Positions 1 through 13,099 of a DNA stretch of 64,000 nt are shown here, piece after piece. Within the stretch, counting starts at the first letter, position 1. Every line of letters starts with the position of its first letter. The translations under genes and the position numbers were made by a program. The notes under the pieces are model-generated. The model was not told the origin of the DNA, made no database searches, and worked only from the letters and a program-made list of their open reading frames with translations. Source of the DNA: Basidiobolus meristosporus CBS 931.73 (taxonomy: Eukaryota > Fungi > Basidiobolomycota); the NCBI GenBank assembly GCA_002104905.1, contig MCFE01000200.1, forward strand, positions 62,001 to 126,000, in the 5' to 3' direction.

Positions 1-2088
1 CCTTGTAGTGCTCCAAATCTACTTGGGATCAGCTTCCACCACACAAATAGCAAGTTTGCTAGCATTTTGCTCAAATAATCAAGGCTAGTGGGTCCAAGCA
101 CTGTGTGTGCAATCATTGGTAATTCTTCAATTAAGCTAATTATTTTGTTGTGTAGATATGATAAAGTACATGCAAACTTAAGATGATTTGGATGTCTGAT
201 ACTCAAGGAATATGGGCACCAATCAGGTAGTATTGATATACACATATGTGTCAAAATTCAAACTGAATCCAATTGCTGTTGTCATGCTTCAAGTCAAAAA
301 CTGCTTACTACTTCAAGTCAATAGAATAACCTGCTGGAGCTAACTTTATGAAAACTTACCTGGCCTCTGAGGTATAGGTAGTTAGGATCTGCAATAAGGC
401 TCTAACAATGAGGTTTCTAAATGCCAGCTGATGCAAATTTCACCCCCATTACAATCTAGTGGCAAGATTGCAATGCTATTTTGCTGATGGCACTGCCCAA
501 GCTGAGTGATGCAATGGACAGTGCTTAGATAGCCATTTTGTAAGGTAAGTGTGGCTATTGGTAAGTCTTTTTGCAGTCAAAATATTCTGTGCAGTAGCAA
601 CTTGTTAGTGTACATGGTCTCCTTATAGTTTGTTACTTATTACAGTGTTATGATGGCCATCATGTAAGCCTCTGGTAGTAATGTCATGGCAGCATGGCAG
701 TATACAGATAATCCTATTTATTGCCACTGAACTGATTAACCAAATGAAATCTCATTTGTTACCTCCCTCTGTGCAATTTATATATGACTCTGTAGATTTA
801 TGCCACTTTATTTGCTCTCTCACAACAGCAATGCAAATGTCTCATATAGTTCAAATCAAAAAAATATGCTCTCTTGCATGCTAAACTGTATGGATGCACA
901 TACCCACAGCAGCTGACACTCTCTGGCACCTCATCCTTTCATCTTTTTAGCATGATACTTCTAAAGTTGCTGTACACCTGATATCATGTATTGTTTGTAG
1001 CATTTATATATTTCAAAAATACAAATGATTGCTGCTATTGTAATTTTAGAAGTGTTTTAGATAAAAGGAACTTATGAAGAAATAATTATAAAATTTGAAT
1101 AGTTGCTTATTCATAGAAAAGTACATTTATATCTTTATAGGAGCAAAAAAACTGTAATACTAAGTAAGCAGGGTGACTCAGAATTCAGACCCATTGTGTA
1201 ACTGTTTCAGGATTAGTACATATTGCTCAGTAAAAGCACTATATTTATCCTACCTTTAGGCAAATAAACAAAGGATCATTGATCTGAATAAAAGTGGCAA
1301 AATTAGGAATCTAAGTTAGTCCTACAGTGACCAAGACTGGTCCAAAACTGTTGATAAAGTTTTTAGCTGCTGAATGATACCAAAGAGTCAAATATTTCAG
1401 TAGCTGCTATATATGTAATGAATGCCTCTTAAATTTTGCAAATACCACATAGTTCATAACTAACAAATCTGCACTCCCTGCTGGATTCTTGTCCCTCATT
1501 TAGGTGTTCTCCATTTCATGGCCTTGGGTTAGCTTAGACACTACATTTACAGTAGTAAATGTGCTAAATTGGCCTTTGTTATTTGCCTAAAAATAACTAT
1601 TCCAACTAACCTTAACATATGACTTTTAATGCCCCCATTGTACTCTTGGTAGAAATTGCTTTACAAGGCCACTTAAACAGCATCCATCCAGTACATTCAT
1701 TCCTTGCATTTGTACTATTGCATGTTTTACATATACCAATTGAAGCTTGTCAGCAGTGCTTTGGGAAGCAGAAAGTCAATAATAATTGTGAACATCTGGC
1801 AAATTTGTTAGGTATCTAAAAGCACTGATTGCAACTAAAATGCTCTATGTACAGCTTAGCAATAATCATTGAAATATGGCTAAAGTACCAAAGCACTGCT
1901 TTGATGGATAATTCTTGCTCATATAGTTCCTATTGTCTTGAGAATTGACAGCTTGCAGCTTGCTGGTTATTCTTTAATGGCTTATAGCTTGCCAGCTTTA
2001 CTGCAATTGCATTCATGCAATTGTATATTTTCTCTGTGAAAAACTGATGTGTCAGCATTATTACTTTGGAGACAATGATGTAAGAGTG

Positions 2089-2442
2089 CAAAGCACTCAT
2101 AGTGCCAGTTAGTACCTGTGGACCAAGATAGTGCCATGCTTTTTTGTGACATGTTAGAAGCTGCAGGATCTAGATTAAGAGTGCCATGGGTATTGTGTAG
2201 CCAATAGATATCTTCAGTCCTTCTGTGCACTTACAGATCCTGCACAGTATTGATCCCAAAAAAAGGTTAAAATTGGATTTTCTCCATCACAATGAGTGAA
2301 ACACAGTGGCTGCTTTCCATGAAGATGAAGAACTATGCTTCACACTCTCTGGCCAAGTACAGATCCACTTGACCTCCCTGGTGCACTATTGCATAATTTG
2401 GCACTCATGGCTCAATGTGGCACCATCTAACTGAACAAGTCT
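2089..2442. mobile_element. Half copy (one arm) of the foldback MITE found at 18281-19014
   Basis: Colinear with 18661-19014 from 'aagcactcatagtgcc' to terminal 'gaacaagtct'. No left arm found. Confidence 0.75.
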
Positions 2443-2861
2443 GCTTAATGGCTTCACAGATCTTTAATATCTTTTGATTTTTAGGCTTTGACATATTCAC
2501 CACGTTTTTCTCCCTCCCACACTGAGATAAGCTTTTCTGTGGGCATTATCTCTGGGCACTGTTGTTATGCTTCAAAGACTGTATGGTGTTCCTCTGCTGT
2601 TACATTGTGAAATGGCTAATTCTTGGCTGTGATATTGGGCTACTTGAGTTCCTTCTTTGCAGCAAAGATACTGCTTTCTCTACCTGGGATATTGATTGCT
2701 CTACTCATATTGGACTTTTTCCTTTGGAAAGTGCCAAATAGTGCCAGCCAGTTTATAGTGCTAGATTGATCTGGCACTCTTCCGCACCATTTGGCACCAT
2801 AATTTCTACCATAAAGCCAGTGATCAGATTTAGTTACTGGTAATTTTACTCAAGCTTACTA

Positions 2862-3776
2862 ATGTTGCTCAGAGTAGTACCTTTCTTGCTTTATTTACTA
2901 TTCATAATGCTCCAAACACATTTCTCTCAGTGGATGTCTTCTTGTATGAGCATACTGTGCATTAATAAGTATCTTAACTATTTTACCTATTCTGCTATTT
3001 CTCCCATATATGACTTTCCTCCGTATTTACCAGCCAATATGCTGAATCTCTTCAGATATCCAAATGTATGCTCTACTCTCACCCTGAAATGATTAAATAT
3101 TTTGTTGTAGAGCTTCTGCTTCCTGCTAAGCACAACATTCCTTAGCTTCCTATATGCTGTAATACTTCCTAATTGCTGGCAATCCTGTCCAAAATAGTAT
3201 GGGTCTGTCATACATTTCTCCCCTCTACAGAATCCTTGATGATTTTCTACCCAGAGTACTTTGATATGCCTATCTCAAGCAAATGACCCACTAAACCAGA
3301 TGATGTTACCTTCATTGTCAGACAGTGCTTGAACCTTCCCATGGTATGTCTTGTACTTGCCGGAATAGAGTGCCTGTGCTTTTTGGAAGGTCTGTCAATC
3401 CTGACTGGGAAGGTATCCAAAATACTCGTTAAATGGAACCTGTTGCTGAACACTCTGGGGTATGGAAGTTTATTAGAGCTTCTGAACCTAGTATTCCAAG
3501 CTTGCTCAAGTCATTCAAACACTCTGCAAGGTGGTTCTCCATTGCTATCTGCTGGGAATGGAAGGTTCTAGGACATTTGTTGTCATGGATGGTGGGATGA
3601 TACCTTGTGCAGCAATAGTTCTTGTAATAGCAGAGAAGCTTAACAAGGGATATCATTGAGTAGATTGGGGTAGATGGTCCACAGTACTTGGTATAGATCT
3701 TCTCTGGTGAATCAAAAGGAGATCCAGTGGTAATGATGGGATTGATGACAAAAGACCATTCAGATGAGTAAGTCAT
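2862..3776 (-). pseudogene. Fragmented DDE transposase (DDE_Tnp_4-like) of PHIS copy 1
   Basis: ORF pieces LDTFPVRIDRP, RVRVEHTFGYLKRFSILAGKY; homologous to 9545-10171. Boundaries approximate. Confidence 0.8.
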
Positions 3777-4094
3777 ATTAATAGTGCTAGGTGATCAGGC
3801 TGAGGTGACTTGAATCAATTTGGTGCAATCAGCTTTGTTTATCTGATTTTCCATGCATTATGCTTGAATCTTCACCCATTGCCATGTATCTCATCATTGT
3901 GATGCAAAAATCATCCTCAAGCCATGACTTAGTATTTGTATTGATGCGTTACTCACAAGTCTATAATTAAATAGGAGATCTGCAATTGTTGAGATCCAAT
4001 CCATATTGGTGCAATCCAAGATGCATCATGCATAATATGGGGAATATTCAACAAATGCATTAGTCTTCATATACATAATTTAAATAATACCAGG

Positions 4095-5344
4095 TTGATA
4101 CCAATACACAGCTGTATAAGTATCCAAATCAATTACTATGTTCCCTATACCAAGTCTCAACTCATCTTTTGTACAACCCTGACAAAACCCATCCTCAGCA
4201 CACAAGTGCAGTCCAGACCAGAGAAGTTGATGTTGGATCTGTTCAAGTTCTTGCTAGATGACTGTAGTATGGCACAAGTGTTAATAATGAGCCTTCAAAT
4301 AGATATTTGGGCACTACTCATTAATCTAGCAGAGCTAGATACCTCTGAGAGCTGACAGAGATGGAAGAACCACCAGCAGATGTATGTAAGAAGATATGTT
4401 ACAAGACAATTATTGAAGTCAAGAATGAGCTGAGAGTGAGGGGGTTTGATGAGGAAGCCACTTTGGAACAATTTTGCACACAATTTGCTCAGTATGGGCT
4501 AGATGCTTCAATTTGTTCCTCAACTTTGGGAACCAAAGAGATTTTGATTGGGTTTTGCCTCAAATGACTAATGTACTACATGAAATATTAGCAGAGCTAA
4601 GTGGCTTCCAAGAGCAATATACACAGGACTCATCCCAGCAACAGTTTCAAAGTATCAGACAGATGGTAAGTGAATACCTTGAGGAATCAGAAGGTGAACT
4701 TCAAGAGGAAGAATACAGATTGCAAGCAACAGTGTCTAGATTGTGCCATCACACCTTACTAGATTCCTTACCAACCCTTGCAACTTCAGCAGGCTGGCAC
4801 ACATTAGTCTAAACTACACCAACACCCTTGACAAGAGCACCCTGCATTGAGTCAATGCATGTTGGGTCAATGCGCATGCTTCAGAGCAAAACCACCCAAA
4901 CTTACCAAACTGCTGATTTAGACACAAGTCCATTAGAGTGGGCCAAGTTGCTTTAACAAGCAGCATTACATCAAACTTTGCCAAGGGGCATGCCAGCACA
5001 ACAAGTTCCATCTGCACATGCCATTACACCTGACCATCAGCAGGTTTTTTGGTGAACTGACTGATGATGACCCATATGAAGTGCCTCCACCACCAGAGCC
5101 TTTAGCAAGTAAAGGAATGCATCAGCATGTAGCACTCCAGGCCAGGCCAGAAGTATCAATTAGAGCAATTAAACATAGCCAAGCTGCAGCATTGCACTCA
5201 TCAATTAGGAGGCAAAATACTGACTACAAATACACAAGTAGCCAAGAGGATAGTCAACAAGTAAGTAGTTTAGGTGTGCAAAGTGAACCACTACCAAGTG
5301 CTTCAGTAGTAATCCCTGTGAGAAAAAAACCTAGGAGAAGATGA
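4095..5344 (+). pseudogene. Fragmented second ORF of PHIS copy 1
   Basis: Pieces DIWALLINLAELDT, ADVCKKICYK, LPQMTNVLHEIL and RRQNTDYKYTSSQ match the ORF at 10489-11765. Confidence 0.7.
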
Positions 5345-6063
5345 TGCAATCTCATTGAATTTTAATATTTGTCATGAACTAAACAATACATTTTTTTTGC
5401 AATCCAGATCAAGCCATTGCAAATCAGTATTCACTAAATTTTTTGATATAAGCAATACCAAGGTTGTCTCACATTTGAGACAAAACCTCTATAAATAAAC
5501 ACCCTGCATATAAATACATTATATGTAACACCAGTGCAGCCATTTGATCTGTTTTACACCTGTCCAATTGGTTGCATGTTAGCTATGACACCTTGTCCAA
5601 TCACTAGGATCAGGGATTTACCTGCTCAATGGGCAAAATGGGAAATTTAATGCAAATCAGCTAGCTTGTGAATTGGGCAAAGAGCCAATTGGGGGCTGAC
5701 AGCTTCAGAATACTTTTGGACCAATTAACCGCTGAGATACCATCCAATTGGAGTGATGGTAACCAGAGTGATAAGTATCAGTGTAGTTTATAGTGTTATA
5801 CGCATATATTTCCATTTATACTAAAGAGACATATCCAAATACCAGATTTTACCTACCATAATTGCGGCATCCATTGCGCATGTGATACAAACATTGCAAG
5901 TTGGCACAATCATCTGTGCCAACCTCATTGTGTCAGATTGTGCCATAGTGAGTGAGATTGTCCCACATGATGCAAAATTGTCCTAGAGCAATCCTGCTTA
6001 CTAGTATCTACAATATTGTGCCCAATTGTTCTTAGAGACCACATATTGTGCTGCATGCCCTGG

Positions 6064-8472
6064 AACTGTCCCTATCAAAAATAATTTGGTCCCGCAAATG
6101 GATCTGATCCAGATCACCCATCAGGATCCCAGTTAGAGACTGTCATAATACCAGCAGGTTGGCATTGGTGACCCTCCTAACAATCTTATGATGGGATTAT
6201 GACAGTGCTTTGCTAACTTTACAACCAAATGGAGGGACAAACTTGATAATATTTTACCGGTGCTGTGGGCTACATGCAAAAAAAGCCCTGTGAACAGTGT
6301 GCTCATTGAAGGTAATAATGCAGACTCCTCAGGCTCTCAGTGAAGTAGGCCATTGAGAACCTCTGCGGAGCCACAAGCTGACCGTTATGCTCAGGCAGAT
6401 GAGAATGTAGCAAACAGAGTACCCTCAGTTGCCAATCAGCAAGTGGCCATGATAACATCACCACCACCCATATTAGCAAGTATGTTGTCAGCTCATACCA
6501 ATGCATTAATGAAGCAATTAGGTGCAGTGGCTGATAGGACGGATGCAATGGCCCAGAGAAATCAGGAAATAGTCCAGAAACAGGATGAGTGGATAATATG
6601 TGTAGAGCAATCAATATCCCAGGTAGAGAAAGCAGTATTTTTGCCGCAAAGAAGGAACTCAAGTAGCTCAATGTTGCAGCCAAGAATTGAGCCATTTCCC
6701 AATGTAATAGCAGAGGAACACCATACAGTCTTTGATGCACAACAACAGTGCCCAAAGATTAAGCCCACAGAAGTGCCTATCACAGTGTGGGAGGGAGACA
6801 TTGTGGTGTTTATACAAAAGTCTAAGAATCAAAAGACATTGAAGATCTGTGAAGCCTTTGAGTGCAACAGTAAAGAGTTGGCTAATATACAAGAGGCCAT
6901 CTGAAGTCTAGCATGCCATCACCTTAAGGCTACATATCATGAGACCATCAGGAACTCAAAGCCAAGCAGAATGCACTTGACCTGTTCCATGAGCATTATC
7001 CTGGATTTAAACAGGCAAACAGATCTTGGGCCAGCATTGTTATGCTGAGAGAGTATCTTAAGAATAGCAGAAACTATCAAAGGCCAAAGAACAACAGTGA
7101 CATGGCTAAAAACCAGCAGCTTCCTCAAGAACCTGTTACAAACAGGGCCAAAGCTCCAGACAAGTGTCAAAGAGACATCAGGTAGCTGGAAGAGTGCCTA
7201 TTAGGGACAAGCAGGCAGACACGGATGCACCAGCACAACACTTATCAAGGAAAAAGTGTAGTACCACTCAACAAGCACCCTGTCAAATTAGCAGTGAAAG
7301 ACCTAGCAGTGATAAAAACTAGTTGCTTTTTCAGAAGCCTGTCACAACTACAGTTGAGAGCTCAAATCAAGTGGAAAAGATATGTCAGGCTGCCAGAAGA
7401 GTGCCAGCAAGGGACAAGCCGGCCAAAACAGATGCATCAGAGCAGAATTTTTCCAAGAGAAAATGTAGTACTCTACAAGAAGCACTCACACAAAGTAGCA
7501 GTGAAAGACCTGGCAGTGATAAAGGAAAAGGTAAAGGCAAAAATGTTTACCCAAGCATGAGACAGGGAGGCATGCAAAAAAACTGCAGCTTTTGCAAGAG
7601 TTGGAAGCACAGTCAGTTGAGCTACACTCCAGCAAGGTAGATGAGTTTGCTGAAAAAGACAATTTGTCTACCACAGCCTCCACATCCTCCATTGTTGACA
7701 GAGTGGAGATCCTGCCGACTGACAAGGCTACAACATCAAGAGTTCAAGAGACTACCACAATGCCTTTGGTAGAGTTTTGGAACATTAATAGGCACACCAG
7801 GAGGTTGCAACACTTCTTCAAGAGCAGTGCTCAAGAAAATGCACTGGAATATTGCAAGCATTTATTGCAAAGACTGCCAGATGAAGAGCTAGACCTTGCA
7901 GTGCTGGCTGAAGGCCAGGATGTATAGGAACTAGTGAATGTGCAGTGGGATAAAGCTGTTGGGTTCCTGCTAAAGTTGTGGAACCAGAGCATTATAGCTG
8001 AAATACTTATTGAGTGGAGGATTTTAATCGAGTTACATGTTGAGTGTGGGGTTGGGCTTAATGTTAGTGTAGGGTATAGAGACTTGTATAGTTCAATATG
8101 ACTGGCAATTGAGGCACAACTGAAGTTTCAATGGCAATAAATTAACTTGTACGCATGAAAAGTAAGAGAAATAGTCAAGTCAGGAAGTAAGGAGTGTGAA
8201 AAAAAGGCAATAGCCAATCAATTCTCACAAACATAGGAGACAATAGAGTGTCTGGGATCAGAAAGTAAGCAAATTGGCAGGGAACCAATCAAAAGCCACT
8301 TGTACATTGTTATGATGAAAAATTTTGACTAAGTTTATGTGAAATCTGGGGTGCAGTTATTTTTCAATGATCTCTGGACAGTGTCCCAGCAGGATCAGTA
8401 TCTCTTAGTCATGGGACTTTTACTTTGTGATGGCCTTTTGACGGGATCATCTCAATAATTTTTCACACAGTG
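6064..8472 (+). mobile_element. Insertion in PHIS copy 1, probable CACTA-associated deletion derivative
   Basis: Absent from PHIS copy 2. Ends aACTGT... and ...cacACAGTG. Its 6950-7520 part is homologous to 15260-15790, which follows a CACTA transposase. Contains 183-aa ORF 6353-6904 of unknown function. TSD not resolved. Confidence 0.45.
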
Positions 8473-8489
8473 TACAATGGAACAAGTCT

Positions 8490-8940
8490 ATTATTTGCTA
8501 AACATGTTTCTGGACTATTTCTTGATTTCTCTGGGCCATTGCATCTATCCTATCAGCCACTGCACCTATTTGCCTCATTTATGTGTTGGTATGAGCTGAC
8601 AGCGTACTTGCTAATATAGGTGGTGGTGATGTTATGATGGCTACTGGCTGGTCTTCAACTGAGGGTACTGTGTTTGCAACATTCTCATCTTCCTAAGCAT
8701 AACAGTCAGCTTGTGGCTCTGCAGAGACTCTCAATTGCCTACTTGACTGAGAGCCTGGGGAGTCTGCATTATTACCTTCAGTGGGTATAATGTCAATATG
8801 GCATTTTTTGGATGTAGCCCCACTTGTTACACTGATTGTCAAAGCAAGCTGTTGTCCAACTCTTCTTTTGCTGCTGTCAGTGGTGGGGTTTGGTTGGGAA
8901 CCAGATGACTTTGCTTTATTTTTTGTTGGCATATACATAA
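8490..8940 (-). repeat. Repeat-family fragment split by PHIS copy 1 (continues at ~2500-2711); further copies at 6350-6800 and ~30310-30880
   Basis: Reverse complement matches 6370-6590 and 30350-30750 (e.g. ggacaacagcttgctttg, gatgcaatggcccagagaaatca). Confidence 0.7.
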
Positions 8941-9199
8941 AAATGAGTCAAATCAAAGGGGAAATAGTGTTACATATATATGTGTATGAGGTGCCACCAT
9001 TGTATTTATAATGCTTACTATGACAGGTCATCATTAAATCTTACATTCAAGTAGGTGCAATAGACTTGTTCCATTGGATAGTGCCACATAGTGCCAGCCT
9101 GTTTATAGTGGCGGATTGATCTGGCACTCTACAATACCATCTGGCACTAAAATTTATACCTTTATGCCAGTGGTATGATACAGTTACTGGTAATTTTAC

Positions 9200-10171
9200 T
9201 CAATCTTACCTATGTTGCTCAGAATAGTGCTTTCCTTGCTTTATTTACTCTTCATAATGCTCCAGACACATTTCTCTCAGTGGATGTCTTCTTGTATGAG
9301 CATACTGTGCATTAATAAGTATCTTAACTATTTTACCTATTCTGCTGTTTTCACCTATATATGACTTTCCTCTGTATTTGCCTGCCAATATGCTGAATCA
9401 CTTCAGATATCCAAATGTGTGCCCAACCCTCACTCTGAAATGATCAAATACCTCATTGTAGAGCTTCTGCTTCCTGCTAAGCACACCATTCCTTGGCTTC
9501 CTATAAGCTGTAATACATCCTGATCTGTGACAATCCTCTCCTATTTAGGCTAAATCTGCCATACATTTCTCCCCTCTACTGAATTCAGGATGATTCTCTA
9601 TCCAGAGTGCTTTGTCATGCCCACTTCCAGCAAATGGCCCACTAAACCAGATGATGTTACCCTCAGTGTCAGACAGTGCTTGAAACTTCACACAGTGTCC
9701 CTTGTACTTGCCAGAATAAAAGTGCCTCTGCCCTCTAGAAGGTCTGTTAATCCTCACTGGGAAGGTATCCAAAATACTCATAGTATGGAGCCTGTTGCTG
9801 AACACTCTGGCATATGGAAGTCTATTGGAGCTTCTGAACCTAGTATTCCAAGCTTGCTCTAAGTCATTCATACACTCAGCAAGGTGGTTCTCCATTGCTG
9901 TCAGCTGGGAATGATAGCTTTTAGGACTTTTGCTGCCATGGATGGTGGGATGAAATCTTTTAGGGCAATAGTTCTTGTAATAGCAGAGAAGCTTAACAAG
10001 GGATCTCCTTGAGTAGATTGGGGTAGATGGTCCACAGTACTTGGAATAGATCTCCTCTAGTGTGTCAAAAGGAAATCCAGTGGTAGTGATGGGATTGATG
10101 AGAAAAGACCACTCAGATGAGTAAGTCATATTAAAATTGGTGGATGATTTTATGGAGGTGGTGTGAATCAA
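9200..10171 (-). pseudogene. DDE transposase (Harbinger/IS5-like DDE_Tnp_4) with in-frame stop
   Basis: Motifs LDTFPVRINRP, FYSGKYKGHCVKFQ, GSGHD, ADLA* then RVRVGHTFGYLK. Left boundary approximate. Confidence 0.85.
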
Positions 10172-10488
10172 TTTGGCGCAATCTGCATTATTTATCTGAA
10201 TTTTAATGCATTATGATTAAATCTCCATCAATTGCCATGTACCCCATCATTATGTTGCAAAAATCATCCGCAAACAATGCCTTGGTACTTTTATTGATGC
10301 TTTACTCATAGGTCTATAATCAAATAGGAAATCTGCAATTGATATGATCTGATCCATGTCAACGCAATCCAAGATGCATCATGCATAATATTTGGAAAAT
10401 TCAACAATCACATTAGTTTTCATATATATTTCATATAAGACCAGGTTGATGCCAATATACTGCTGTATAAGTATCAAAATCTGTTGCT

Positions 10489-11765
10489 ATGGTCCCCATA
10501 CCAAGTCTCAACTCCTCTTTAGTACAACCCAGACATAACCCATCCCCCAGCTCACAGGCATGGTCTGGGCCGGAAAAGTCAATGTTGGATCCATTCAAGC
10601 TCTTGCCAAATGATTTTAGTATGGCCCAAGTGTCTATGATTAGCCTTCATACAGATGTTTGGGCACTATTGATTAATCTAGCAGAACTTGATACCTCAAG
10701 GAGTCAACAAAGATGGAAGAATTTGAGTAGAAAGCTGTGGCATGAGTTCTACATCAAGATGCCAGCTGATGTATGTAAGAAGATATATAACAAGAGAAGT
10801 ATTGAAATCAAGAATGAGCTGACAGTGAGGGGATTTGATGAAGAAGCCATGCAGGAGCAATTTTGCATGCAATCTGCACAGTACAGGCCAGACACATCCG
10901 TTTGTGCCTCAACTTTGGGAACCAAAGAGATTTTGAATGAGTTTTTGCCTCAAATGACTAATGTACTACATGATATATTAGTAGAGTTAAGTGGCTTCCA
11001 AGAGCAATATACACAAGACTCAACCAGGCAACAGCTCCAAAGTATTAGACAGAGGGTAAGTGATTACCTTGAGGAATCAGATGGTGAGCTTCAGGAGGAA
11101 GAATAGAGACCGTGAGCAACATTGTCCAGATTGCACCAGCACACCTTGTGGATTTCTTACCATCTCTTGCAACCACCGTATGCCAGCACACATCAGTCCA
11201 GACTACGCCAACACCCTTTACCAGAATGCCCCACATTGAGTCAACATGTGTTGGGTCAATGCATGCACTTCAGAGCAAAACTACCAGAACTAGCTAAACT
11301 GCTCATTTAGACACAAGTCCATTGGAGTGGACCAAGTTGCGTCAACTTGCAGCATCACATCAAACTCAGCCAAAGGCCATCTCAATGCGTCAAGCTGTGC
11401 CTGCGCATGCCTTTTTGCCTGACTATCAGCAAGTTACTTCTGGTGAACGGACTGATGATGACCAACATGAAGTGCCTCAACCACCAGAGCCCTTGGCAAG
11501 TAAAAGAACATGTCAGCGCGTGGCACTCCAGGCCTGTTCAGTTGGTTCAGTTGGAGTAATTGAGCGCGGCCAAGCTGCAGAATTGCACTCATCAACTAGG
11601 AGGCAAAATACTGACTATAAATACACAAGTAGCCAAGATGATAGTCAGCCAGGAAGTAGTATAGGTGTGCAAAGTGAGTCACTACCAAATGCTTCAGTAG
11701 TAATTCCTGTGAGAAAAAACCCAGGAGAAGACAATGCAATTGGTTTGAGTTGCTATTATTTGTAA
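10489..11765 (+). pseudogene. PHIS ORF2, possible Myb/SANT-like DNA-binding protein, interrupted
   Basis: ORFs 10489-11106 and 11322-11765 are conserved in both element copies. Helical W-containing segment QQRWKNLSRKLW...VCKKIYNK. The Myb assignment is inferred from Harbinger architecture. Confidence 0.55.
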
Positions 11766-13099
11766 AGATCCCAACAACCCATTTTTTTTGCGATCTGATT
11801 CAAGCCATTGCAAATCAGTGATCATCAAATTTTTGATAAAAGTAATATCAAGGTTGTCTCACATTTGAGACAAAATCTCTATAAATAAATACCCTGCATA
11901 TATATACATCATCTGTTATACCAGTACCGCTATTGGATCTGTTTTGCACCTACCCAATTGCTTGCGTGCTAGCTATGACACCTTGTCCAATCATTAGGAT
12001 CAGGGATTTACTTGCTCAATGGGCAAAATGGGATATTTGATGGCAAATCAGGTAGCTTGTTTAGTAGTCAATGAGCCAACTGGGGGCTGCCAGTTTCAGG
12101 ATACTTTTGGACCAATTAACCACTGAGATACTGTCCAATTGGAGTGATGGTAACCAAAATGGTAAGTATCAGTGTAGTGTATATTGTGATACACATTTAT
12201 TTCCATTTACATTGATGAAACATATCCAAATACTGGATTTTACCTGCCATAATAGTGGTATCTGATTGCGCATGTGATGCAGACATTATGAGTTGGCACA
12301 ATCATATGTGCCAGCCTCATTGTGTCAGATTGTGCCATAGTGTGTGAGATCATCCCACATAGTGCAAAATTGTCCAAGAACAATCCTGCCTTCTGGTAGC
12401 TATAATATTACGCCCAATTGTTCTTTACACCCGTGGATTGCACTGCACACCCTTGCATGGTACAATGGAACAAGTTTAATGTCTCAAATACAAGACTGTC
12501 TTAAGTTCAAATGAGTATTGACCAAAAAGTGATATAATAGAGCTATTTTGTTGTAGGCAAACTGTTTACCCCATGGACAAGACTACTCTGATTCAATGCT
12601 TTAAGAGAAGAGAAAAAGACCATGTGGCTATTGTAGCAAGACTCTCTGCCAGGAAGCTGGCAGACAGCTTTGGAATTATTACAGTGATCATGGCCAGTGT
12701 TTTGCCACACAAGTCATGTTTGACCAATCACTGGTCTCTACTGTACCAACATTTTCTTGCCAGCCAGCAAATACTTCAATATTGGCACCTGGCTGCCTTT
12801 GTCATCTTGCACAAACTGAGTTGGGTGAGTTTGTGACACCTTTAGGCTCACATCAGCCTTCTGTATATGGCATGCAAAGTGATTGCTCTGATAAAAAAGG
12901 TTCACTGATGGATTGTGAGCCTATCTCCCCTAACAACAGTATGATGTATGAACCAGGTCAAATACCAATATGCAATGAGACAACACCCACTGAAATAAAT
13001 GCCAAGGATACTTTATGGAGCCAAGTGAGCCCAGTAATCCATCTATTGGTGAATGGTGTAATGTTGTGACTTGAGAAGTAGTAGGTTTCCACTAATATC

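Larger units (their letters stand above)
2712..8489. mobile_element. PIF/Harbinger-like (PHIS) DNA transposon, copy 1, degenerate, carrying a ~2.4-kb insertion
   Basis: Left end GGACTTTTTCCTTTGGAAAGTGCC (degenerate TIR), right end CAATGGAACAAGTCT, TSD ATT on both sides (2709-2711, 8490-8492). Flanks rejoin into one continuous repeat homologous to 6370-6800. Colinear with 9062-12477. Confidence 0.85.
9062..12477. mobile_element. PIF/Harbinger-like (PHIS) DNA transposon, copy 2, full length (3416 bp)
   Basis: TIRs AGACTTGTTCCATTG / CAATGGAACAAGTTT (14/15 match), TSD AAT at 9059-9061 and 12478-12480, divergent transposase and ORF2. Confidence 0.92.

Noticed and set aside
1-2088. Short ORFs in the first 2 kb
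   Set aside because: AT-rich, CpG-poor decayed sequence with no motif I could assign.
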